Positions 1 to 5,870 are shown, counted from the stretch's first letter. The stretch is 6,150 nt of DNA from Caedimonas varicaedens (GCA_001192655.1 BBVC01000009.1:1-6150), one strand, 5' to 3'. A program made the numbers and translations. Notes: generated by a model not told the origin, from the letters alone.

Positions 1-756
1 CCAATGGGCGTTGACAGGGTTTTTAATACACACATTCCCCGGCGTTTCAAGAGAGACGGAATCACACGTTCCTCCCCACAGGTCAATATTTCCCTGACCG
101 TCAATGTCCAGCGTTAATCCCCCCACCGACCATCGAATTCCGTTTTGCAGGGGTTCGCTGTGAGACAGGAGGGAATCTTTAAACAGCAAGGGATGTAAAA
201 GGGCTTGTCCCAGAAGGCGCTCTTGGCTTTCCTCTTCAGAGTCTTCGGGGATATCTTTCTGAAACGCGCGGAGGCGCAACCCTTGGGGTGGTTCTTCATC
301 GTCAGAGACAGGGGCGCGGTCTATATGAAGGCGCAGATCTGTCCCTCGGCGATACAGGGACTCGATTTTTTCACTTAAGGATTGGATGGCGTCTTTGAGA
401 GCAGCTTGAGCCTGGGCGAGAAGGGTTTTGGGTTCGGGTTCTTTTTTGGGAGACGAAGGTTTGGAGAAAGGGACATCGATGGACTGTTTTTCTAACACCT
501 CCAGATAAAGATCCGTCCGCTTTTTAAGAGGGAGGAGATCTTCTTCCTTGAGTCCTTTGGGCAGAGGGATCCGGGGAGAATAATCGATCTCTCCGGATTT
601 GGAGAGACGATGAGCCCACCCTTGTTCCAGGAGATCTTCTGAGAGAAGATCGGCTGTATAACGTCCTCCTCCCCGCTCATAAGGCCATTGCGCTAAACAG
701 CTTGTAAGAGTATGATTCCAAATGAGAAAGTAACAGAGTAGACGTTTCCAGAACAT
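1..756 (-). CDS. Putative secreted lipoprotein. N-terminal 252 codons only; the gene continues past the left edge of the window.
   Basis: Hand translation of the minus strand. ATG at 756 ('cat' at 754-756) is the first ATG after an in-frame TGA (784-786). The frame stays open to position 1. It is absent from the ORF track because no stop lies in the window. The N-terminus MFWKRLLCYFLIWNHTLTSC|LAQ has a basic n-region (KR), a hydrophobic core and an L-T-S-C lipobox. A purine-rich SD-like tract GGGAGGGGGA lies about 7-11 nt upstream. The rest is a charged/Pro-rich linker (KPSSPKKEPEPK) followed by ...GGLTLDIDGQGNIDLWGG.... Track ORFs 114..299 and 492..680 are off-frame inside it. Confidence 0.6.
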   Translation of the reverse strand, partial: MFWKRLLCYFLIWNHTLTSCLAQWPYERGGGRYTADLLSEDLLEQGWAHRLSKSGEIDYSPRIPLPKGLKEEDLLPLKKRTDLYLEVLEKQSIDVPFSKPSSPKKEPEPKTLLAQAQAALKDAIQSLSEKIESLYRRGTDLRLHIDRAPVSDDEEPPQGLRLRAFQKDIPEDSEEESQERLLGQALLHPLLFKDSLLSHSEPLQNGIRWSVGGLTLDIDGQGNIDLWGGTCDSVSLETPGNVCIKNPVNAHW

Positions 757-1012
757 TGTAGAGTCCCCCTCCCATAGAGGGCTTCATATCCCCCCTTCGC
801 TTGCAGTACAGTCATAAGACGTATGTGGATGATCCCAGCAGAGCATTTTTTAACGGGGATTGTCTAGGGCTTTTTGAGATAATCTGAAAATTTTTTCCAG
901 ATCGGCCGATCGTTCCATAATCTTAGGGAGAGTTGGGGGCGATAGTCGTCCTTCTGTTTCTGCTCATCCCTTCACGTAGAGAACGTGCCATCAATACCGA
1001 CAATAGCGCGAT

Positions 1013-1450
1013 CTATTGAGACCGCATCATTTTCTGCTGAAGCCCCGCGATGTACTGTTGGCTTTTGGCGATCTGATCGGCAATCATCTTCTCTTTTTTC
1101 GCAATGTTCTTGTTAAACTCCGCTGTTTGCTTGTCAAAAGCTTGTTTCTGACGATCAAGATCTGTGAGAGAGTCTCCCGATTGCCCCTCTGACGGCAATA
1201 AAGCGCCGATCACGCTATGCAAGATCTTTAATTCTTCTCCTGCAGAGAGGGTCATCTCGTCACAACACACGGCAAGCATCCGTGAGAGAATCTTGCGCAG
1301 AAACACGGAACGCGCCTGAGGAACAACTTTTTGAATGTCCGTCTCGCTCAGAGACTCTTGACCTGTCAATACTTCCCGAAGGGTTTGTAAATCCTGTTGA
1401 AACAAGCTGTCCAGAGAAGCGACCAGATCGGTCATCGATGGTGTGGTCAT
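1013..1450 (-). CDS. Hypothetical protein, 145 aa, with a predicted coiled-coil C-terminus. Last gene of the reb-linked transcription unit.
   Basis: Track ORF. Its ATG overlaps the upstream stop as ATGA (1447-1450), which implies translational coupling. SD-like GAGGAAG lies 4 nt upstream. The C-terminal half (DLDRQKQAFDKQTAEFNKNIAKKEKMIADQIAKSQQYIAGLQQKMM) is heptad-like and K/Q/E-rich. I recognise no family. Confidence 0.65.
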   Translation of the reverse strand: MTTPSMTDLVASLDSLFQQDLQTLREVLTGQESLSETDIQKVVPQARSVFLRKILSRMLAVCCDEMTLSAGEELKILHSVIGALLPSEGQSGDSLTDLDRQKQAFDKQTAEFNKNIAKKEKMIADQIAKSQQYIAGLQQKMMRSQ

Positions 1451-1863
1451 AGAACTTCCTCTTCTTGAGACATGGAGGGAACATTCCCGCGCCCTACAGG
1501 AAACCCGTTGAGAATATCATCGGCTGTGGTACCCACCTCGCCCACAAATTTAATCATATCCGTGAGAGGAATCGCAGCCTTTGCGGCGGCTTCTGCCCAT
1601 TTGGCGGCAACAGCAGGACTAGGAGAGGATGCCGCTTTTTTCATAAAGACGGCTTGGGTGGCCTGTACAAGAGCTTCTGTGTTGAGAAGGGTCGTGTTGG
1701 CGTTTTAGATCATCTGCGCCATCGACTGCGCGACAGCCTGATACGCATTGCCGGTCGCTTGCTTGGCCGCATAATCATAGACTTCTTTATTGATAAACGA
1801 TACCGGATCCGTATCAATGGTCAGCACATTCCGGACTTTGGGGTTCTCATGGGAAGAAGACAT
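1447..1863 (-). pseudogene. Divergent Reb-like reading frame of 139 codons, interrupted by one in-frame TAA (1705-1707). It is a nonsense-mutated paralog, a read-through candidate, or two small CDSs (1705..1863, 52 aa; 1447..1644, 65 aa).
   Basis: A 52-aa ORF, too short for the track, runs ATG 1863 to TAA 1705: MSSSHENPKVRNVLTIDTDPVSFINKEVYDYAAKQATGNAYQAVAQSMAQMI*. It has the SD AAGGAA 7 nt upstream. The track ORF 1447..1644 is in the same frame (1704-1644 = 60 nt) and has no SD before its ATG (..CCAAGCCGTCTTTATG). The joined sequence GNAYQAVAQSMAQMI*NANTTLLNTEALVQATQAV aligns without gaps to SMVYQAMAQSVSLSMQNATYGQQQMQAISQAITTV of the 74-aa Reb paralog. The stop sits at the conserved Q of the QNAT motif. 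Confidence 0.5.
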
Positions 1864-1900
1864 CGCGGAGTTCCTTTTTCAATCCAACACATACCCTTTT

Positions 1901-2125
1901 TTATTGTTTCAGAAGATCCATAATCTTACTTGATCCTACCGTGGTAATGGCCTGACTGATAGCCTGCATCTGCTGCTGACCATAGGTGGCATTCTGCATG
2001 GAAAGACTCACCGATTGCGCCATGGCCTGATACACCATGGACATGGCCATAGCGGGCGATTCGGCCACCACCTTCACGTTGGTCTGGGTTACGGCATCCG
2101 TAACCTGTTCATTCACTCCGGCCAT
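1901..2125 (-). CDS. RebB-family R-body protein ('Killing trait' family), short core-only paralog, 74 aa
   Basis: MAGVNEQVTDAVTQTNVKVVAESPAMAMSMVYQAMAQSVSLSMQNATYGQQQMQAISQAITTVG... carries the family hallmarks I recognise: N-terminal VNxQ(I/V)TD(A/S)VTQ(T/S)NV, then YQA, then QNATxxQQQ. SD-like AAGGAA lies about 7 nt upstream. Confidence 0.85.
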   Translation of the reverse strand: MAGVNEQVTDAVTQTNVKVVAESPAMAMSMVYQAMAQSVSLSMQNATYGQQQMQAISQAITTVGSSKIMDLLKQ

Positions 2126-2180
2126 TGTCGTTTTTCCTTCCCTTCACACCACAGGGGAAAATGCTTCCCATGATTTCCTT

Positions 2181-2217
2181 AAAACAGGCGTATCCTATCA
2201 TAAGACGATCCTGTTTT
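2181..2217 (-). terminator. A-tract/stem/T-tract hairpin in the 97-nt gap between the third and fourth reb genes. Possible weak terminator, attenuator or mRNA-stabilising element.
   Basis: aaaacagg (2181-2188) and cctgtttt (2210-2217) are perfect complements around a 21-nt segment that can pair further (CGT/ACG). This is the only reb intergenic gap longer than 40 nt. The GC core is only 4 bp, so it is weak as a terminator. Confidence 0.3.
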
Positions 2218-2222
2218 TAACC

Positions 2223-2540
2223 CTATAAAATGCCAGGAATGAACAGGGTGTTAATGACGTCCGCAGGGATATCCGCACGGGCAACTTTCTCCGTAGCATC
2301 AGCAATGGCTTCCGTGTCCACTGCGTAAATCAGGTTGACGCCCTGTGATGTGACTGCCTGATGAACGGTATTGGTCTGTTGCTGACCAAAGGTCGCATTC
2401 TGAACCGCATTGGCAAGAGCGCTGGACGCTGCCTGATATAAATTGCTGGTGGCAACGGCAGCAGACTGCCCCAGGGTTGTGACATTGGATTGGGTCACCG
2501 CATCGGTGATCTGGTTATTGACAAATGTGGGATAAGCCAT
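2223..2540 (-). CDS. RebB-family R-body protein, long paralog, 105 aa
   Basis: MAYPTFVNNQITDAVTQSNVTTLGQSAAVATSNLYQAASSALANAVQNATFGQQQTNTVHQAVTSQGVNLIYAVDTEAIADATEKVARADIPAD.... By my hand alignment it matches the 116-aa paralog at about 73 of the first 94 residues. SD GAGGAG lies 7 nt upstream of the ATG. Confidence 0.9.
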   Translation of the reverse strand: MAYPTFVNNQITDAVTQSNVTTLGQSAAVATSNLYQAASSALANAVQNATFGQQQTNTVHQAVTSQGVNLIYAVDTEAIADATEKVARADIPADVINTLFIPGIL

Positions 2541-2570
2541 AGTAAAACTCCTCTTCTCTCTCGCAAATCT

Positions 2571-2906
2571 CTAGTAGCCGCCGTAGCGGTTGCCCTTGCT
2601 CACCATGAGCAGTCCCCTCTCAATAGATTGCAGCGTATTGTTCAGGCTGGACAACCCTTCTGACAGTTCGGATGACAGGTTCTCTGCACGACTTGAATCA
2701 GGTATTGGGATGATATGGTCGGCCAGGCTGGATAATCCCAGAATCTGGGCGTTCTGTTGGGCATAGACGGCATTATAGGCCATCAGGGCATGAGCGTGGC
2801 AGGTTGACAGTATCTGACTGGACAGGGCAATGGCGGGTGATTCCGCCATCACCGTGACGCTGGTTTGCGTCACTGAATCCGTCACCTGGTCATTGACCTC
2901 TGCCAT
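2571..2906 (-). CDS. Divergent RebB-family protein, 111 aa. Reb-like N-terminal about 60 aa fused to an unrelated Ser/Leu/Glu-rich C-terminal tail.
   Basis: MAEVNDQVTDSVTQTSVTVMAESPAIALSS... keeps the N-terminal Reb motif. The centre is degenerate: CHAHALMAYNAVYAQQNAQ replaces YQA...QNATxxQQQ. The tail (IPIPDSSRAENLSSELSEGLSSLNNTLQSIERGLLMVSKGNRYGGY) has no counterpart in the other three. SD AGGAGA lies 8 nt upstream. Confidence 0.8.
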   Translation of the reverse strand: MAEVNDQVTDSVTQTSVTVMAESPAIALSSQILSTCHAHALMAYNAVYAQQNAQILGLSSLADHIIPIPDSSRAENLSSELSEGLSSLNNTLQSIERGLLMVSKGNRYGGY

Positions 2907-2944
2907 CGCTCATGTCTCCTTCTGTCTCGTCAATCCTAGTCAGA

Positions 2945-3295
2945 TTAGGGACCGTAAGGATTTTTAGGAGTTGGGCTGTTCATCAATGACTTGAGAAGAA
3001 TGGCCGTAATGGTATCCGCAGGGATATCCGCACGGGAGATTTTCTCCGCAGCATCGGCAACCGCTGCTGTGTCTACCGCATAAATCAGGTTCACACCTTG
3101 TGTGGTGGTCGCTTGATGAATGAGGTTAGATTGTTGCTGCGCGAACGTAGCATTCTGTATCGCATTTGCAAGGGCGCTGGAGGTGGCCTGATACAAATTG
3201 CTCAGGGCAACAGCGGCGGACTCGCCAATGACTTTTACGTTTGACTGTGTGACGGCATCAGTAATCTGATCATTCACAGCGGTTGGATACCCCAT
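2945..3295 (-). CDS. RebB-family R-body protein, long paralog, 116 aa. First gene of the reb array.
   Basis: MGYPTAVNDQITDAVTQSNVKVIGESAAVALSNLYQATSSALANAIQNATFAQQQSNLIHQATTTQGVNLIYAVDTAAVADAAEKISRADIPAD... contains all family motifs. SD AAGGAG lies 8 nt upstream. It follows a 206-bp non-coding gap. Confidence 0.9.
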   Translation of the reverse strand: MGYPTAVNDQITDAVTQSNVKVIGESAAVALSNLYQATSSALANAIQNATFAQQQSNLIHQATTTQGVNLIYAVDTAAVADAAEKISRADIPADTITAILLKSLMNSPTPKNPYGP

Positions 3296-3501
3296 AGTAT
3301 AGACTCCTTTAACTCAAATATTGAAGATTTAATCCAATGAATCAGCCACAAAACACGCGTTGAGGTTGTTTTTGCATGATTCACACTTCCTCATTACATC
3401 ACGCTCCCCTCCTAAAAACAAGATAGGGGGATCGCGTTTGTCCACAGGATGGGCCCTGCTTTTTAACCGGGGATCTGGAAACGTCAGAATCTTGAGCACG
3501 A
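3296..3501 (-). promoter_or_regulatory. Non-coding gap between the methyltransferase stop and the first reb gene. Presumed promoter/5'-UTR region of the reb operon; no confident -35/-10 call.
   Basis: This is the largest non-coding gap inside the gene string, apart from 757-1012. Its 3' part (minus sense: ..TTGTGGCTGATTCATTGGATTAAATCTTCAATATTTGAGTTAAAGGAG) is AT-rich. I found only imperfect sigma70-like hexamers, so only the region is annotated. Confidence 0.3.
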
Positions 3502-4437
3502 TCATGGCATTTCTCGAATATTATCATAGACATGACCAACCATTGTGGGAATTACCGCATTGCCCAGCTGCCTTTGGGCTGTTCCCGCCACAGAAGAAAG
3601 AATATGACTGTCAGGGAATCCCATCACCCGTCGCCCTTCCATCAGAGAAAGATACCGCACCCGTCCATTGATATGATACATCCCTGTTTTGCCCTGATCG
3701 GTCATTTGAGTCACCGCATGACCGGACGGGCTGTAAATCTTCTGGGATTGGCTTTTCGTGCCAAAGTAACCTACGCGTAAGGTTGTGAGGGCTTTTTCTG
3801 TCAACCGTTCAGGATGGTCATACACAAAATCAGGACGATCCCGACAGAGCCTCTCCTCCACCGTGTCTTCCAGAACATCGCTCAGATAAATCTCTTCTCG
3901 TGTAGGTTGGGGGCATTCAGACTTCAAAGGCACATCCTCCCGAATTCCCACAAAATAGACGCGAATGCGCGACTGGGGAATCCCGTAAAGAGACGCATTC
4001 AGAAGATGATGGCCTATTTTATAACCCGTATCTTCAAAAGCCTTTGCAAAAACAGAGAGGATTTCTCCATCATCGATTCTGAGAAGATGGCGGACATTTT
4101 CCAGAAGAATCAGTTTAGGTCGATGAAAGCTCACAATCCGCATCATCTCGTAAAAGAGTTTCCCGTTGCTGCACTCCACGCTCTCGCCCTTGCCAGAAAT
4201 GGTAAAGGACTGGCACGGAAACCCGCCGCATAAAATATCATGAGGGGGAATCTTCCTCACATCGATGGTTCGAATATCTCCTTTGGGCATCTCGCCAAAG
4301 TTGGCGTGATACGCCTCACGGGTTCGGGGATCAATCTCTGAGGAAAACACACACTGCAATCCTCGTTGTTCAAGAGCAACCCTGAATCCGCCAATCCCGC
4401 AAAAAAGATCGATAAAGGTGCCGCATCCTTCTATCAT
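3502..4437 (-). CDS. dcm: DNA (cytosine-5)-methyltransferase, single-domain M.HhaI-like architecture, 311 aa from ATG 4437. The track start at 4452 would add MGALA.
   Basis: Canonical C5-MTase motifs in order: I FIDLFCGIGG (AdoMet binding), IV GFPCQ (catalytic Cys), VI LLENV, VIII QSRIRVY, IX RYLSLMEGRRVMGFPD, X QLGNAV. As I remember M.HhaI, the protein is collinear with it from MIE..FIDLF to GNxV. ATG 4437 has GGGAG 8 nt upstream and sits 2 nt after the upstream gene's TAG. ATG 4452 has no well-spaced SD. Confidence 0.9.
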   Translation of the reverse strand: MIEGCGTFIDLFCGIGGFRVALEQRGLQCVFSSEIDPRTREAYHANFGEMPKGDIRTIDVRKIPPHDILCGGFPCQSFTISGKGESVECSNGKLFYEMMRIVSFHRPKLILLENVRHLLRIDDGEILSVFAKAFEDTGYKIGHHLLNASLYGIPQSRIRVYFVGIREDVPLKSECPQPTREEIYLSDVLEDTVEERLCRDRPDFVYDHPERLTEKALTTLRVGYFGTKSQSQKIYSPSGHAVTQMTDQGKTGMYHINGRVRYLSLMEGRRVMGFPDSHILSSVAGTAQRQLGNAVIPTMVGHVYDNIREMP

Positions 4438-4439
4438 GG

Positions 4440-4676
4440 CTAATGCTCCCATCCTGTGCGTTCCATCTCCTCAAAGATAAACGAATCGTAAATACCCAGA
4501 TGACCGCTGTGGATAGCGTTATCATGATTCAGTCCATATCGAAGAGAATCACGATTCATAAAGCTATACGACCCATCATGATGTTTAGTGATAATAAAGC
4601 ATCCTGCCTCGTTCCGTTCTTTGGCAATCAGGCGGGCGGTGTCTTCAAGGCTTTCAAATGGCGGATATTTGCTCAT
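4440..4676 (-). CDS. Hypothetical protein, 78 aa
   Basis: Track ORF on the same strand, packed between neighbours. Its ATG is 1 nt after the upstream TAA (TAAGATG) and its TAG is 2 nt before the methyltransferase ATG. I recognise no family. It is too small to be a restriction endonuclease. Confidence 0.55.
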   Translation of the reverse strand: MSKYPPFESLEDTARLIAKERNEAGCFIITKHHDGSYSFMNRDSLRYGLNHDNAIHSGHLGIYDSFIFEEMERTGWEH

Positions 4677-4677
4677 C

Positions 4678-4965
4678 TTAGTGGATTTGAGGCCGTTCGG
4701 GTTTCATGTTTAAAAACATCTGCTCAATATTGCCCATAATAACGCTTCGAATGATCATCAGGGATTCTTCATCCGGGGCTTGCTGAATGAGGGTATTGAT
4801 AATCGTAAAAGCCACACTCATGGGGATAGAGGCCAGAGAATCTTCAGGGATTTTGTTGCGATGAATAAACTTCTTGCCCTCGTCAAAAACATGAGCCACA
4901 CACGTATCGGTGGTCTTGATCAGGTCTTTCTGAATCTTTTTACTCGGGATATATGCTTTGGTCAT
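4678..4965 (-). CDS. Hypothetical protein, 95 aa
   Basis: Track ORF. SD AGGAG lies 8 nt upstream of the ATG at 4965. It is co-directional and tightly coupled to the next gene. I recognise no family. Confidence 0.6.
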   Translation of the reverse strand: MTKAYIPSKKIQKDLIKTTDTCVAHVFDEGKKFIHRNKIPEDSLASIPMSVAFTIINTLIQQAPDEESLMIIRSVIMGNIEQMFLNMKPERPQIH

Positions 4966-4996
4966 GGGTTACGCTCCTGTTGTTGCTCAAACTCGG

Positions 4997-5350
4997 TTAA
5001 ATGGATAAGTATTGATCATTTTTCTGACTCATTTTCTTGTAGTGATAATCTGTTGGGCTCGGCGCTCTTTTCTTCATCTTTTGCCGTGGTTTAAACGCCG
5101 ATTGCTCTTCATAGACAAAAATAGGTTTCACGCCGTTCTTTTCTATCCAGGCGTTTTGATAATCCCTCCATTCTTGAGAATGGCTTAACGCATCACCAAT
5201 CTTGGAGAGAATTTCTCTTTCGGGAAGATTGCCCTTGAGCCTGTGAAGCGGATGCTTCTGAAAGGCTTGGATATAAGCGGTGCGGGCAAGATCAAGCGGG
5301 GTCATGACGTTTTTCTTTCTCCAAAAAGACGCCAGTACAAGCGGGGTCAT
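4997..5350 (-). CDS. Hypothetical basic protein. The start is ambiguous because the start region is tandemly duplicated: ATG 5350 gives 117 aa, ATG 5305 gives 102 aa, and the track start 5368 gives 123 aa.
   Basis: The track ORF begins MQKGNVMTPLVLASFWRKKNVMTPLDLARTAY, so NVMTPL occurs twice. ATG 5350 has AAGGAA 5 nt upstream. ATG 5305 has the degraded copy (GAAAAA). Both overlap the 3' end of the resolvase gene. I recognise no family. Confidence 0.55.
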   Translation of the reverse strand: MTPLVLASFWRKKNVMTPLDLARTAYIQAFQKHPLHRLKGNLPEREILSKIGDALSHSQEWRDYQNAWIEKNGVKPIFVYEEQSAFKPRQKMKKRAPSPTDYHYKKMSQKNDQYLSI

Positions 5351-5837
5351 GACGTTTCCTTTCTGCAAAAAGACGCCAGTACAGCAAAGCCAGGGCGTCG
5401 GCTTCGTTATGATCTTGAGGGACGTGTCCCTTCTCTCGTATGGCTTCTATCATTTTTTCTTTGGAAGCACTTCCGTTCCCCGTCATAAACTTCTTGATGG
5501 TTCCCACAGGAACGCCTTCATAGGGGATGCCCTCTTGCTCGCACCATGCGGTCAGATGCGCCATAAAGCCTCCGTAGACGTGAGAAGCGTCTGTTCCCAC
5601 ATGGCGGCGCACTTCTTCAAAATACACTTCGCCTATGCCGTTATTGATGGACTTCATCTCGTCCAGCCATTTTCTGAAACGAAGGAACCGCATCCCCCCT
5701 CCTGAATACCGGTCACAGGCGAAGGACATCACCCCAGAGGTGATGTGCCCCTGGGCAAATTCGAGATAAAGATGTCCACAGCGATAAATCGCCCAGCCTG
5801 TGGTCGTGCCGAGGTCAAGGGCGAGGAGGGAGGTCAT
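5292..5837 (-). CDS. RuvC-like crossover junction endodeoxyribonuclease (phage/plasmid-type Holliday junction resolvase), 181 aa
   Basis: RuvC-fold catalytic signature: N-terminal LALDLGTTTGWA (Asp8), central VYFEEV (Glu74/75), C-terminal QDHNEADALALL (Asp142/Asp147; compare the ..ADAADALA.. region of E. coli RuvC). Its size and context, next to a methyltransferase and small ORFs, fit the phage-encoded type. The last about 15 residues are encoded by the duplicated segment. Confidence 0.8.
   Translation of the reverse strand: MTSLLALDLGTTTGWAIYRCGHLYLEFAQGHITSGVMSFACDRYSGGGMRFLRFRKWLDEMKSINNGIGEVYFEEVRRHVGTDASHVYGGFMAHLTAWCEQEGIPYEGVPVGTIKKFMTGNGSASKEKMIEAIREKGHVPQDHNEADALALLYWRLFAERKRHDPACTGVFLEKEKRHDPA
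5293..5383. repeat. Two-copy tandem direct repeat, with copy A at 5293-5337 (45 nt) and copy B at 5338-5381 (44 nt) plus 2 shared nt
   Basis: Copy A: caagcggggtcatgacgtttttctttctccaaaaagacgccagta. Copy B: caagcggggtcatgacgtttcctttctgcaaaaagacgccagta. They differ by two substitutions and a 1-nt indel. The repeat spans the resolvase stop and the next gene's start. Confidence 0.9.
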
Positions 5838-5870
5838 GTTTTTCTCTTCATATTTAAAAATCTCTTAAAA

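Noticed and set aside
114-680. Minus-strand track ORFs 114..299 and 492..680
   Set aside because: Both lie out of frame inside the longer uninterrupted 1..756 frame, which has a signal peptide, an SD-like tract and protein-like composition. They are frame artefacts.
767-781. 5-bp hairpin (CCCTC/GAGGG) that could mask the SD of the lipoprotein gene
   Set aside because: The stem is only 5 bp, and it lies in a G/C-homopolymer-rich stretch where such pairings arise by chance. I cannot estimate its stability here.
900-911. 12-bp perfect palindrome GATCGGCCGATC, followed by the near-palindrome CTGAAAATTTTTTCCAG, in the 757-1012 gap
   Set aside because: The palindrome cannot form a stable hairpin because the loop would be too small. 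There is no second copy in the window. It could be a restriction/methylation site cluster or simply chance. I found no convincing terminator for the reb unit in this gap.
1260-1484. 74-aa minus-strand ORF overlapping the 145-aa gene, and plus-strand ORF 2037..2228
   Set aside because: They are an out-of-frame overlap with the better-supported 145-aa CDS and an antisense overlap with the 74-aa reb CDS. Neither has an SD.
1465-1923. 152-aa plus-strand ORF, and the overlapping 1472..1708 ORF
   Set aside because: It is antisense to the Reb-like frame and to the end of the 74-aa reb gene. The composition is Arg/Gly/His-rich and low-complexity, there is no SD, and I recognise no family. It is a typical shadow ORF opposite a real gene.
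3329-3394. 21-aa Cys-containing mini-ORF (MRKCESCKNNLNACFVADSLD) in the reb upstream gap
   Set aside because: It is intriguing as a leader or regulatory peptide. However, the GGAGG is about 13 nt from the ATG, the ORF is very short, and nothing in the sequence alone distinguishes it from chance.
3360-4233. Plus-strand ORFs 3360..3671, 3532..3780 and 3814..4233
   Set aside because: All are antisense to the methyltransferase gene, which has strong motif support, or to its downstream gap. None has a start context or recognisable motifs.
3502-4676. Possible complete restriction-modification system
   Set aside because: The only neighbours are a 78-aa ORF and the reb operon. No endonuclease-sized ORF exists on either strand next to the methyltransferase, so I treat it as an orphan.
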